A stretch of DNA of 64,000 nucleotides from Candidatus Woesearchaeota archaeon (GTDB lineage Archaea > Nanobdellota > Nanobdellia > Woesearchaeales > JAGLXL01), in the NCBI GenBank assembly GCA_030640025.1, contig DAOWKC010000002.1:4029-68028 (forward strand), written 5' to 3'. Of this stretch, positions 19,623-29,958 are shown piece by piece (the first letter of the stretch is position 1; each line of letters opens with the position of its first letter). Under the pieces are notes generated by a model. The model was not told where the DNA came from, did not search any database, and was given only the letters and a program-made list of their open reading frames with translations. The position numbers and the translations under genes are program-made.

Positions 19623-21331
19623 TCTTTTAATTTAGTTTGTTTATCTTCTTTTTTAGGTTTCTCGGAAACCTTTGGTTTCTGAGACACAGAAGGCTTCTTG
19701 CCTTCTCGTGTTTCTTCTTTACCAATCTTAGCGATTTCTTCATCGTAGTCAGGATTGTCCATTTCTATTTTTTCCAGTTTGCCGCGGTGTTTTTCAAGTA
19801 TTTGAAAAAGTAATTTTTCAACTTTTTCTTTTTCTGTTTTTTTGATGCCAATTAATTCGTGTAAGGCTTCTGAAATGTGTGGGATATAGGTTTCGATGTA
19901 AGAACGCTTTTTGGATTCAGCATGGATTCGGCGTTTTTTATTGATGAAAATGCCTAATTGACGGCCGCATTCCCTGACTGCTAATTTAATGTCTTTAATG
20001 ATTTCTGGATAATGGGCAATGGCTTCTTTTGATTCAGAAGTAAAAGGCACCCAGACAGAAGCCATGTGAACAACTAAAGTTAAAGGACCAACTGGCAAGG
20101 ATCGTTTTGATTGGGATAAGCCATAAGGATTCCAGGCAATCTGCTGGACAGCTTGGGTAATGGCGCAAGCACCGGGCTGGTAGATTAAAGGAACGCGGTT
20201 GGCATACCTTAAAAGACGGATAGTGCCTTCTTTATCTTGCTCTCCGCCATAAGCAAGTCCAACTTCAATGAGAAAGGGGTTGCCTCTGTAAACAGATGGC
20301 GACCGGGTGACAGAACAATAAAATTCAGCATTGATTTCTTTTCTCAAACCTTTTTCAAGTAATTCGGCGCCAATTGGTGAGAGGCAGTTTGTTGGTGGTG
20401 AAATTATTTTGGTGGCTTGAATGCCTTTGTACAGTTGTTCAGTCATATCTCTGGAGATGGTTTTTGGCCTAGACTTAGGAAGGAGTTTAGCATTTTGGCA
20501 AATTTCTTTGGCTGTGCCAGGACCAACTCGGGAAAAATCTGTTTGAAGAAAAGACTGTAAGGTGCGGGCCTTAGTGGATTGAAGCATCTTGATGAGTATG
20601 CCTAATTCCACACCATAAGGATGGGGTTTGATTTCTTTTGGTTCAACAGGAAGTTCTTCTGTGGCTCGGGCAAAAATAATTTGTTCTGCTAAAGGATTAG
20701 TATAGATAATAGTGGTGTGGGGATTGGTGATGGCTGTTTCTTTGATATATTCATCAACAGACTGTTTGCCTTTGAAATAAGCACCTTCTAATTCCATTTC
20801 GATTTTAATGCCATGGTCTTTGTTTTTCCATTCGATTTGATCATCTTTGATAATTTGAGGTTCATTAGTTTTGGTATTGATTTTTAAGGTGAATTGGTGA
20901 GCTTTCTTTTTGGGATCAGTTTTAGAAGTGATGAGGGTTGGTTTGCCAGTGGTTAATTGTGAGTAGAGAACTGCAGCTGAAATACCAATTCCCTGCTGGC
21001 CTCGTGATTGTGATAATTTGTGGAATTTTGAGCCATAAAGAAGTTTAGCAAAAATTTTTGGAATTTGGGCTCTGACAATACCTGGACCATTGTCTTCGAT
21101 AGTGATTTTGAAACGGGTTTCTGAAAGTTCAACAATTTCAACACTAATTTCTGGTAAAACTCTGGCTTCTTCGGCTGCATCTAAAGAATTGTCAACAGCT
21201 TCTTTGATGGTGGTAAGAAGGGATTTTCTAGGATTATCAAATCCTAATAAATGGCGGTTTTTTTCAAAGAATTCTGCAACAGAAATTTCTCTTTGTTTTT
21301 TGGCTAATTCTTTAGCATGGACTTTAAGCAT
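19619..21331 (-). CDS. top6B: DNA topoisomerase VI subunit B
   Basis: [23 protein letters not shown]. Confidence 0.96.
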   Translation of the reverse strand: MLKVHAKELAKKQREISVAEFFEKNRHLLGFDNPRKSLLTTIKEAVDNSLDAAEEARVLPEISVEIVELSETRFKITIEDNGPGIVRAQIPKIFAKLLYGSKFHKLSQSRGQQGIGISAAVLYSQLTTGKPTLITSKTDPKKKAHQFTLKINTKTNEPQIIKDDQIEWKNKDHGIKIEMELEGAYFKGKQSVDEYIKETAITNPHTTIIYTNPLAEQIIFARATEELPVEPKEIKPHPYGVELGILIKMLQSTKARTLQSFLQTDFSRVGPGTAKEICQNAKLLPKSRPKTISRDMTEQLYKGIQATKIISPPTNCLSPIGAELLEKGLRKEINAEFYCSVTRSPSVYRGNPFLIEVGLAYGGEQDKEGTIRLLRYANRVPLIYQPGACAITQAVQQIAWNPYGLSQSKRSLPVGPLTLVVHMASVWVPFTSESKEAIAHYPEIIKDIKLAVRECGRQLGIFINKKRRIHAESKKRSYIETYIPHISEALHELIGIKKTEKEKVEKLLFQILEKHRGKLEKIEMDNPDYDEEIAKIGKEETREGKKPSVSQKPKVSEKPKKEDKQTKLKE

Positions 21332-21453
21332 GATTTTGGAGAAAAAGCGGGAATTTATAAAGATTTTGATTAAGTTTTGTTGTTACTTTTAAGTGATTAA
21401 AAACCGAAAGGTTTATAAAGGATTAATTCAAATTAAGTTTATTGAGGTTTAAA

Positions 21454-22368
21454 ATGCAAGAATTAAACATAGGTATTGTGACAGATTCTCATTCAGGCAG
21501 ATTTGATAAGAAAATAGTTGAAGCTTTGAAAGGACATGATTTAGATTCTGTAGCTTATTTAGGAGATGTACCAAGTAATATAAGGGCTCCATTTAGAAAT
21601 CAACTTCGAGAGATAACTAGAAGTTTGCTGACTTTTGATGAGATTGGGGTGCCTGTTTTTTGGATACCTGGCGATTATGAAGATTGTCAGGCTTATAAAA
21701 TTGCTTTTGATGAGTTGGATGATGAATTAAATTTTGTTCATGATATAACACAAAAAGGTTGGAAAGGTGTTGTCCAGTTTGAGGATTATGATTTTGTTTT
21801 TATTCCTGGTTCAGCTGTGCCTGAATTTACCCGAGGATTTCATATAAAGTATGATACAAAAACTGGCATCTATGAAACTAATAAAGGGCCACTTTATTTT
21901 TTTAATCCAAATGATTTGAGAGAGATAGTAAAAAATCCTGAGAAAACAGTTGTTTTTGCGCATCAACCGTGTTATATTGACGGGGAGAGGACTATAGACT
22001 TAGCAATCCATGCTGCTGGAATTGTTGGTCCTGGGGCACATGAATTGATTAGAATGAAACGAGCAAGACCAGTGCCAAGTCATCAAGGTGATAAGAGATT
22101 AACAGAATTGTTGAAAGAGTTAGGAATTGAGAAGGGTTGTTTCGGGGATGTTCATGAAGGTGTGGTAATTAATGATCTTGATGGCAGAATAATTGAAGAA
22201 GGGCAATATTCTGACCAATTATTTGGAAATCCTGGTCCGGCTAAAGAAGGAGATTATGGTATTTTGAAATTAAGAGGTGACGGCAAAGCAGCCATGAATA
22301 GGTATAATGTAACTGGAGAGAAAAGAGATTATTTACATGAGTTGACAAGTCCGATTATTCGTCTATAA
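21454..22368 (+). CDS. Calcineurin-like metallophosphoesterase
   Basis: DSH, LGD, PGDYE, AHQP, GDVHE, NPG. Confidence 0.8.
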   Translation: MQELNIGIVTDSHSGRFDKKIVEALKGHDLDSVAYLGDVPSNIRAPFRNQLREITRSLLTFDEIGVPVFWIPGDYEDCQAYKIAFDELDDELNFVHDITQKGWKGVVQFEDYDFVFIPGSAVPEFTRGFHIKYDTKTGIYETNKGPLYFFNPNDLREIVKNPEKTVVFAHQPCYIDGERTIDLAIHAAGIVGPGAHELIRMKRARPVPSHQGDKRLTELLKELGIEKGCFGDVHEGVVINDLDGRIIEEGQYSDQLFGNPGPAKEGDYGILKLRGDGKAAMNRYNVTGEKRDYLHELTSPIIRL

Positions 22369-22393
22369 AAATTTGGTTTGTAGAAATCAAATC

Positions 22394-22999
22394 TTATCTT
22401 CCGATTTTTAAAGATAAACCGTCTCGGACAATGTTTTTAATTAATGGATTTTGCTTCTTTCTAACTGCAGGAATAAATTCATTAATAGTAAAAATATGAA
22501 ATTGAATTTCATTAGAATAGTTATTCTCGAATGAAAGAGATTTTATTTTTTGTTCGATTCGGGGATTGTGTTTTTCTATTAAAACGCATAAATCAATATC
22601 TGATTTAGGGGTGTCTCGCCCTTTTGATATACTTCCAAACAAAAAAATATCAACTAAATTTTTTCCAGCAATTTTGATTATTTTTAATTCTATCTCTGAA
22701 AGAATCTTGTAAAACTTAGTTGTTTTCAAGGGTAATCTTTTTCTTTCTTCTTTAAATAATTCAGCAATTGAACGGGTAATAGGAGAATCAATAATAAATT
22801 TATAATACATTTTATCGGTGGCGGTTTTTCTTGTGAGAGTACCTTCATAATGAAGTATCTTTAAAGAATCGTAAACATTTTTTAGGCCGGCCCCTATCTC
22901 TTTAGCAATTTCTTCTATAGAAAAAAATTGATTATCAAATTTTGTCAGAAATCTTAGAATCCTAATATTTGTTTTATTACTAAAAATGTGGTCAAGCAT
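22394..22999 (-). CDS. HTH-fused minimal nucleotidyltransferase (MNT antitoxin)
   Basis: N-terminal wHTH; LFGSISKG...SDIDL. Confidence 0.85.
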   Translation of the reverse strand: MLDHIFSNKTNIRILRFLTKFDNQFFSIEEIAKEIGAGLKNVYDSLKILHYEGTLTRKTATDKMYYKFIIDSPITRSIAELFKEERKRLPLKTTKFYKILSEIELKIIKIAGKNLVDIFLFGSISKGRDTPKSDIDLCVLIEKHNPRIEQKIKSLSFENNYSNEIQFHIFTINEFIPAVRKKQNPLIKNIVRDGLSLKIGR

Positions 23000-23555
23000 T
23001 TGTCAATTCCTCTAATATAAAAAGAAAGGGTTCCACAATTTTTTCAATAAAGGTTTTAGCATCGTCGGGCGTTAGTTGAAGGGGGTCTTTTCTTCCAGGA
23101 GCAACGTCTGAATAATAAGTGATTTTTTTACCTTGATAAAAACCCTCATCAATTAAATCTTTTACAACCTTTCTGGCAAAATGACTTTTATCGTTGTACT
23201 GATAAAGAAGAAATTGAAACTTGTCAACTGCTGCTTCGTATAATTCAATTAATTTTGTGTGGTGCTCAGAACCCTGTGTATAAAAATCAAGAACTGTCCT
23301 CATGTTTTTATGAGTGCTTCCAAAAGTTTCATCGAGTTTTATTTTATACTTTTTAACCAAGAATAAAGCTGCTGCGGCATACATTGCATTATAGCCTTGG
23401 ATAAATATTTGCCTAGGTACTTTTTTTTGTTCAAGAAACATTTCATAAGCTATGATTGATTCGTCTCTAGCTAGTTCATTAAAATCGATAGCTCTATCTA
23501 CATCTGGTGGTGATAAGTCTTTACAAAAATTTTTAATTTCTTCAATGGTTGTCAT
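22992..23555 (-). CDS. HEPN-like protein
   Basis: GYNAMYAAAALFL...STH; overlaps the MNT start. Confidence 0.65.
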   Translation of the reverse strand: MTTIEEIKNFCKDLSPPDVDRAIDFNELARDESIIAYEMFLEQKKVPRQIFIQGYNAMYAAAALFLVKKYKIKLDETFGSTHKNMRTVLDFYTQGSEHHTKLIELYEAAVDKFQFLLYQYNDKSHFARKVVKDLIDEGFYQGKKITYYSDVAPGRKDPLQLTPDDAKTFIEKIVEPFLFILEELTNA

Positions 23556-23556
23556 T

Positions 23557-23634
23557 TTGTGCGTTTACATAATATATTTTGTGTAAAAACACAATACTAT
23601 AAAAGCTTTTCTCAAATTTTGTGTAAACCCACAA
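23557..23634. promoter_or_regulatory. Three 16-bp imperfect palindromes, TTGTGT-N4-ACACAA-like
   Basis: 23557-23572, 23579-23594, 23619-23634, around the HEPN-MNT promoter. Confidence 0.7.
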
Positions 23635-23640
23635 AGCTTG

Positions 23641-24183
23641 TTATTGCGCTAATTTATTGGCGTATCCCTGTCGTTTCATTTTTTCTAAGAACTTAAAGAC
23701 AGAAGCATGAGTGGCGCCTTGCAATAAGTTTTCAATGGCCTTTCTAGCATTGGGAACGTCTTCGACTCGGCCAATAACAGCAATGGTTTTGCCGTAGACA
23801 GAGATTTCTGAATCTGTCAAGGTTTCGATTTCTCTTTTTGATTTGCCGTCACGTCCAATAACACGTCCTCTGAGGCGGATAAGAGCTTGTTTGTTTTTGC
23901 CGGCAAAGTCTCTTAAATCAACAACTTCTAAGATGTAATCTGATTTTAAAAGCTGCAAAGCTGTTTCTGGATTAAAACCGCGGGCAATAGCACGGATAAT
24001 TTCTTTGGCATCGTAAAGTTTGAGGCCATCGTCAGCAGAGATAGTGATGTCGCCTTCTTGAGAATTAACATTGATTTGGGTGTCTGTGGAATCTTCGATT
24101 TGTTTTTTGATATCTCCTTCAGTACCTATTAAAACTCCAATACGGTCTTTGGGAATCTTTAAAGTGAAGTTGAATTCATTCAT
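23641..24183 (-). CDS. KH-domain RNA-processing protein (Dim2/Pno1-like)
   Basis: RIGVLIG, RGRVIGRDG; next to RIO1. Confidence 0.9.
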   Translation of the reverse strand: MNEFNFTLKIPKDRIGVLIGTEGDIKKQIEDSTDTQINVNSQEGDITISADDGLKLYDAKEIIRAIARGFNPETALQLLKSDYILEVVDLRDFAGKNKQALIRLRGRVIGRDGKSKREIETLTDSEISVYGKTIAVIGRVEDVPNARKAIENLLQGATHASVFKFLEKMKRQGYANKLAQ

Positions 24184-24875
24184 TTTTTTATTTCTTTAAG
24201 CAGGTTTTCATAGGTTATTTTTAAACCTTTTTTCTTAAAGTAGTTAAAAATAGTTTTTAAATCTCTTTCAAATAATTCTCGGAAGCGAGGATTATCTTTA
24301 GTAGTGGTATGAGAGAAGTCGATGAAAACAGGTTTTTCATTGTGGTTTAGTATGTTGAAGGCTGAGAGATCGCCATGAGTTAAGTTGTGTTGGTAGAGGT
24401 TTTTAATGATTTTAATGACTTGGTTGAGGAATTCTTTTGGTTTTTGAGGATATTGGTCTTTTAATTTGGGAGCTGGGTTTTGATTACCAATGAATTCTTC
24501 AATCAGGACGTTGTTTTTAAAGGCAATTGGGATAGGGGCTGGGACATTGGCGTCACGAACGTTTAAAAGGTTGCGGTATTCTCTTTGGCACCAAGCAAAA
24601 ATAACCTTTCTTCTATTTTTTTTTAAGCCAAGAAAGCGGGGATCAGTCTGGATGTATTCATATAAGCGGTTAAAATCACATGTTTCTAATCTGTAAATTT
24701 TGATAATAAGACGTTTGCCTTGTTTGGTTAGAGCAGTGAAGATATTGCTTTCCTTGCCGATAGAAATAGGACTTTCTAAATCCTCAAAATGGCCTTTTGA
24801 AGATAGTTCGAAAAGAGTTCTGAGGGTAAAGTTATCGAAAACTCCTTCATAAGTTTTAAATTTCTCTTTGGTCAT
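24180..24875 (-). CDS. rio1: RIO1 kinase
   Basis: SIGKESNIF, IKIY, HGDLSAFNIL, IDFS. Confidence 0.92.
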   Translation of the reverse strand: MTKEKFKTYEGVFDNFTLRTLFELSSKGHFEDLESPISIGKESNIFTALTKQGKRLIIKIYRLETCDFNRLYEYIQTDPRFLGLKKNRRKVIFAWCQREYRNLLNVRDANVPAPIPIAFKNNVLIEEFIGNQNPAPKLKDQYPQKPKEFLNQVIKIIKNLYQHNLTHGDLSAFNILNHNEKPVFIDFSHTTTKDNPRFRELFERDLKTIFNYFKKKGLKITYENLLKEIKK

Positions 24876-25417
24876 TAAGTAGTATAAAAAGGGGCTCTTT
24901 ATAAAAGTTTTTAGGTAGTTTTACTCTTTAATAGTGGTAAAAACCGAAACCTTTATATATAAGCACTACTCACTGATAGTTAATCGTTTAAACACCTCCG
25001 ATTTTACCTCAGTAAACTCTGTTTACTGGGGTTTAATCACCTTTATATTCAATCACCTCTTTTTCCCCAGTAAGAGGGTTTCGGCCCTCTTGCTAGGGTT
25101 TACTTCAATATTGAAAAGAAATAGCTTGAGCTCTGGTTTTGGAATGATAAAGTTTATATATAACCCATGTATATTTTATTTAAACGCCCGCAACAGAGTT
25201 ACTTAATGGAGTTGCGCTAATCTAGCAGGCAATGAAATTGAGGGTTAGTTTCGGGCTTCATATCACAATTATTTGATACAAAAAGTAAACAAAAAATATA
25301 GAACAAGATTATAATCATCACAAATTCATTCACATATAAAATGGTAAGTTTCAGAGAAGCAAAATAAATGAATTAAAATCAAGATAGCTTGTTCTATTGT
25401 AAATGTGGGGGATTAAA

Positions 25418-26647
25418 ATGGGTAAAATAAGCCCAGTCTCATCAAAATATATTATTCACGCTAATATTGGCATTGAAGGAGTGGTTGATAGACCTGACGT
25501 CATTGGCGCTATTTTTGGCCAAACAGAAGGTTTACTTGGCTCTGATTTAGAGTTAAGAGAACTACAAAGAAGCGGAAGAATTGGCAGAATTGAAGTTAAT
25601 GTCAATACTAGTTCTGGCAAGACACAAGGGGAAATTACAATACCAAGTTCTCTAGATAAGGCTGAAACAGCGATTGTGGGAGCAGCTTTAGAAGTTATCC
25701 AAAGAATTGGACCATGTAATGCTAAAATCGAAGTTAAGAAGGTTGAAGACGTGCGTATTTCAAAGAGAAACTTTGTAATTGAAAGAGCTAAGCAATTACT
25801 TCGTGATCTAACTGAAAATTCTTTGCCAGATTCACAAGAATTAGCTGATGAAGTAGCTCAAAGTGTTAGAGTTATGGAAATCCAAGAATACGGCAAGGAA
25901 AGACTGCCTGCAGGTCCAAATGTAGAGGATTCTGATGAAATTATTGTTGTAGAAGGCAGAGCTGATGTCTTGAATTTATTGAAACACGGCATCAAAAACT
26001 GTATCTCAATTAATGGAACATCTGTACCTTATACTATCAAAGAATTAAGCAAGAAAAAGATCTTGACTGTTTTTGTTGATGGTGACAGAGGCGGTGACTT
26101 GATTATCAAGGAATTATTGGGCGTGGCTGAAATTGACTTTGTCTGCAAAGCACCAGACGGCAAAGAAGTTGAAGAAATCACCAAAAAGGAAATCCATAAG
26201 GCTTTACGGGGCAAAATTGCTGCTGAACAAGCTAAAATGGATTTAAGTTCAGCTCCTGAAAAGCCACATTTTAGAGAAAATAATTTCAGGAAAAGGCCAA
26301 TCTTAAAGAAGATTGAACCTCGACCAATCAAAAGAGTAGAGAAAACCTTGAAAAGTGACGAGAAAGAGAAGTTCAAAGGTATTTTAGACGACTTAACAGG
26401 CACCAGAGGAGCTTATATTCTTGACAATAATTTAGAAGTAATGGGCAAAGTGCCAACAAGTGAGTTGAATACCACAATCCAAAATGTGGGGACTGGAATT
26501 TATGCCATTATTTTAGATGGTGCTGTTGACAAGGATTTAGTCAGAGCAGCAGAAAGAGCTCGAGTCCAGCATGTTGTAGGTATGGATACCAAAGCAGTTA
26601 AAGGTGTTGATACCAGAGTCAATATTGTGACTGATGAAAATCTTTAA
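25418..26647 (+). CDS. dnaG: Archaeal DnaG (Toprim, exosome-associated)
   Basis: [29 protein letters not shown]. Confidence 0.95.
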   Translation: MGKISPVSSKYIIHANIGIEGVVDRPDVIGAIFGQTEGLLGSDLELRELQRSGRIGRIEVNVNTSSGKTQGEITIPSSLDKAETAIVGAALEVIQRIGPCNAKIEVKKVEDVRISKRNFVIERAKQLLRDLTENSLPDSQELADEVAQSVRVMEIQEYGKERLPAGPNVEDSDEIIVVEGRADVLNLLKHGIKNCISINGTSVPYTIKELSKKKILTVFVDGDRGGDLIIKELLGVAEIDFVCKAPDGKEVEEITKKEIHKALRGKIAAEQAKMDLSSAPEKPHFRENNFRKRPILKKIEPRPIKRVEKTLKSDEKEKFKGILDDLTGTRGAYILDNNLEVMGKVPTSELNTTIQNVGTGIYAIILDGAVDKDLVRAAERARVQHVVGMDTKAVKGVDTRVNIVTDENL

Positions 26648-26715
26648 TTTTTTCTTTTAATTTTACTTTCTTTGAAAACACAGCGAAAATATTTATACTC
26701 AGAAGCAAAAACTTC

Positions 26716-26763
26716 TGGCACCAACTACATTGGTTTTCTGGGGTTTGTGTAAACACAAACCTT
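26716..26763. repeat. Dispersed hairpin repeat, copy 2
   Basis: tggcaccaactacattggttttctggggtttgtgtaaacacaaacctt. Confidence 0.8.
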
Positions 26764-26831
26764 ACGAAAATCTGAGATTTTCTAAGTTTTGCGTGCAAAA
26801 CTTTTTATATTGAATAGATTTAATTCTAGTT

Positions 26832-28154
26832 ATGGCTTTTGAGATTATTATAGGCAGAAGTAAAAAGGGTGTAGAGAAGTATAATAGAAGGGGAACGATT
26901 TTTCTCGGCAAGCAGTATATTCAAATGGGGGCAGTCCGTACTTTGGCAAATGAAGTTTATTTAGATGTAGCCAGTTCCCATGTTGTTTTTGTCTGTGGTA
27001 AACGTGGCGGTGGTAAATCTTATACCATGGGTGTGATTGCAGAAGGAGTAGCTAATTTAGAACCAGAAATTAAACAAAATTTAAGTGTGATTATGCTGGA
27101 TACCATGGGAGTTTATTGGACCATGAAGTATCCTAATAACAAAGATTTAGAATTGTTGAAGGAATGGGGTTTGGAGCCTAAGGGTTTGGATGTCAAGATT
27201 TTTACACCAGCGGGTTTTTATGACTCATATAAGAAAAAAGGCATTCCGACTGATGCGCCCTTTGCCATCCAGCCAGCTGATTTAAATCCAGATGACTGGT
27301 GCTTGACTTTTGGAATTGATCATGATTCACCAGCTGGTGTTTTGATTTCCCAGGCAGTTCATGGTGTTCGTGACAAGCAAGGAAATTTTTCTTTGGGTGA
27401 GATAATTGAATGGGTTAAAGGTTTTGACAAAGCAGACGAGCACACTAAAAATATTGTGATTGGGCATTTTCATAAAACAGAAGATTGGGGAATTTTTTCA
27501 AAGGAAGGGACGCCACTTAAGGATTTGGCTCAAGGAGGGCAAGTGACGATCATGGATGTCAGTGCTTATGCAACTTTGCCTAATGGTTGGACAATCAAAT
27601 CCCTGGTGATTGGTCTGATTGCCAAGAAATTGTTTAATGAAAGGATGATTGCCCGGAAAGAAGAAGAGTTTTCTTCGATTGACACTTCAATGCATTATTT
27701 TACTAAGGAGACTAAGGAGAAATTAAAAGAACCATTGGTTTGGCTGGTGATTGATGAAGCCCATGAGATGCTGCCCAGGGAGGGGAAGACAACTGCTTCT
27801 GATGCTTTAATTACGATATTGCGGGAAGGACGTCAGCCAGGGATTTCGTTGATTTTGGCTTCGCAACAGCCTGGGAAGATTCATACAGATGTCATGACAC
27901 AAAGTGATACTGTTATTTCCCATCGGCTGACAGCGAAGATTGATGTGGATGCTTTGGAGCAAATATCACAGACCTATGCTAAAGGCGGGATTTCTGATAA
28001 ATTAAATATTTTACCTCGGGTGAAGGGTTCGGCGGTTGTATTTGATGATATGAATGAAAAAGTTTTTCCAATCCAAGTTCGTCCTCGGGTTACTTGGCAC
28101 GGCGGAGCTGCGCCAACAGCCATGATAGAAAAGATTAAAGGTTTTGGAAAGTAG
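26832..28154 (+). CDS. HerA/DUF87-family ATPase
   Basis: GKRGGGKS, IDEAH, REGR, ASQQP. Confidence 0.85.
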   Translation: MAFEIIIGRSKKGVEKYNRRGTIFLGKQYIQMGAVRTLANEVYLDVASSHVVFVCGKRGGGKSYTMGVIAEGVANLEPEIKQNLSVIMLDTMGVYWTMKYPNNKDLELLKEWGLEPKGLDVKIFTPAGFYDSYKKKGIPTDAPFAIQPADLNPDDWCLTFGIDHDSPAGVLISQAVHGVRDKQGNFSLGEIIEWVKGFDKADEHTKNIVIGHFHKTEDWGIFSKEGTPLKDLAQGGQVTIMDVSAYATLPNGWTIKSLVIGLIAKKLFNERMIARKEEEFSSIDTSMHYFTKETKEKLKEPLVWLVIDEAHEMLPREGKTTASDALITILREGRQPGISLILASQQPGKIHTDVMTQSDTVISHRLTAKIDVDALEQISQTYAKGGISDKLNILPRVKGSAVVFDDMNEKVFPIQVRPRVTWHGGAAPTAMIEKIKGFGK

Positions 28155-28197
28155 TTTTTTGAGAATAATAAAATATTTAAAGATTGGTTTCTAGATT

Positions 28198-28500
28198 ATG
28201 ATTATGTCATTTTCAAAGAATTTTCCTAGGACTATTGAAGGAAGTAATTATCCGCGGTGGGAAGAGGTGTTTTTGACAGAGCTGGAGGAGAAGGAAGTTG
28301 AGGAGAAATCAAAGCAGGAAAATCTGGCTTTGATGAAAGAGTGTATTGAAGATGCTCGCCAGATCATGAAGGAGAAAGGATTGAAGGAATACCAAAGCGA
28401 TTTAGTTGCTTTGGCAATTTCTTTGTTTGAGAAAAGATCTTCTCATGTAGTTTATCATAAAGAAAGTAAAGCAAAAGAAAAATTTGATGCGCAGCGCTGA
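28198..28500 (+). CDS. Hypothetical protein
   Basis: 100-aa ORF with upstream TATA. Confidence 0.7.
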   Translation: MIMSFSKNFPRTIEGSNYPRWEEVFLTELEEKEVEEKSKQENLALMKECIEDARQIMKEKGLKEYQSDLVALAISLFEKRSSHVVYHKESKAKEKFDAQR

Positions 28501-28731
28501 TTATTTTTTATACTTAGGCAGAGGCGGAGCCCGGGTCATGTTAATAACAGCAGTAATAAACATGAGGCTGAAAAAGATCAGGAAAGTTAGGCCCCAATTA
28601 TAACTGAGCGGAAAAACCCAGAGAGCAGAAATAATAAAACCAAGGATGGCAGTGAGCATAAAGGATGCTGGTAAAGGAGCAGGAATCCATTTTTTGCTGA
28701 TTTTTATTTTTTTAACTTTTCTTTTGGCCAT
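28501..28731 (-). CDS. Small membrane protein with two TM helices
   Basis: SD (gaggtg) upstream; two hydrophobic segments. Confidence 0.75.
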   Translation of the reverse strand: MAKRKVKKIKISKKWIPAPLPASFMLTAILGFIISALWVFPLSYNWGLTFLIFFSLMFITAVINMTRAPPLPKYKK

Positions 28732-28763
28732 TTTAAAACACCTCTCTTTTAAATAGGAATGAT

Positions 28764-29879
28764 TTAATGATTTAAAAATTTATTGACAAGTTTTTTGGCT
28801 TTTTCTCTATTTTTTTGATGTTCTTTGAGGAATTGCTGGAGTTTTTTGATCAGGATTTGTTTTAGTTCTCCGGTTAAGAGCTGGCCTGATTTGTAGTCGT
28901 TGTAGATTTTCTTTATTTTTTTGTCGTCTGGTTCGAAATAATTAGCAAGATATTGGAAGGAAACATCGATATCAGGATTGCCGCCTTTTTTTCTGTGTTC
29001 TTCTAAAGTTGGCTGGCCGCCTGAGAAAGCATATTTTTTGATTTTTCTTTCGGCTTCTTCTGGTGTATCTGTTAAGGCAATATAAGAAGTTGGTTCTGAA
29101 GAAGACATTTTGCCTCCTCCTAAACCAGGCATGAATTTATGATAAGTTGAAGAGAGTTGAGTGAATTTGTAAGTTTTGAATCTTTTGGTGATATCGCGGG
29201 CTAGTCTTAAGTGCGGGTCTTGATCAATGCCAACAGGGACGACGACTGGAATGGGTCCTTCGAATTCTGGCAATTGGGCATGAAGCATGTCTGAAGCTTG
29301 GAGTAGGGATGATATCATTTTGCCAGGAGTTATTTCTCCATAAACAGCTCTGAATTCATTGAAAGTAGCGTGTTTAGCCAAAATGTTTTGCAAGCGGTAG
29401 AAGGCATTGGCTTTTTTTGCGTCTTGGGAGCGGTTGCTTTGGAAATAAATTTCACAATTTTTTGGTTTTAAGCCTAAGGCAATGTAATTAGTGATGTATT
29501 CTTCTGTAGCAATTTTTTTGCTTTCTTCCAGGCTTTGGCCTCGGGTGTTGTAAGATTCTATGTCGGCAACGGCGATGTAAAGTTTGGCACCCATTTTTTG
29601 GTGGAAGATGATTTGTTGAGCCAGCACCATATGGCCAATATGAAATTTGCCGCTAGGCATAAGGCCAGTCATCATGACATAAGGCTGCTTGTCTTTAATG
29701 GCGTTCATAATTCGGCCAATATCCCGGTGAGCATAAACAACTTTTCTTCTAAAAAGAACATTATCATTGAAAACTTTAGGAAGTTCTTTGAGAGGTTCAA
29801 CTCCAAATTCCTTGGCTAATTTTTCGTAATCAATATCCCCTTTAATTTCCCAAGGTGTGACAACTGCTTTTTTTGACAT
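28764..29879 (-). CDS. trpS: Tryptophanyl-tRNA synthetase
   Basis: HIGH, GIDQDPH, KMSSS, AFSGG. Confidence 0.96.
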   Translation of the reverse strand: MSKKAVVTPWEIKGDIDYEKLAKEFGVEPLKELPKVFNDNVLFRRKVVYAHRDIGRIMNAIKDKQPYVMMTGLMPSGKFHIGHMVLAQQIIFHQKMGAKLYIAVADIESYNTRGQSLEESKKIATEEYITNYIALGLKPKNCEIYFQSNRSQDAKKANAFYRLQNILAKHATFNEFRAVYGEITPGKMISSLLQASDMLHAQLPEFEGPIPVVVPVGIDQDPHLRLARDITKRFKTYKFTQLSSTYHKFMPGLGGGKMSSSEPTSYIALTDTPEEAERKIKKYAFSGGQPTLEEHRKKGGNPDIDVSFQYLANYFEPDDKKIKKIYNDYKSGQLLTGELKQILIKKLQQFLKEHQKNREKAKKLVNKFLNH

Positions 29880-29958
29880 AGTCTTAGAAAGAGCTGTTTT
29901 GTTTATATATTTTACTTAAATGGTTAAATTAATAAATGATGCTGAATTTATTTTAATT

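Noticed and set aside
24934-25206. 90-aa ORF
   Set aside because: Starts upstream of the TATA box, covers hairpins and has no protein-like motif
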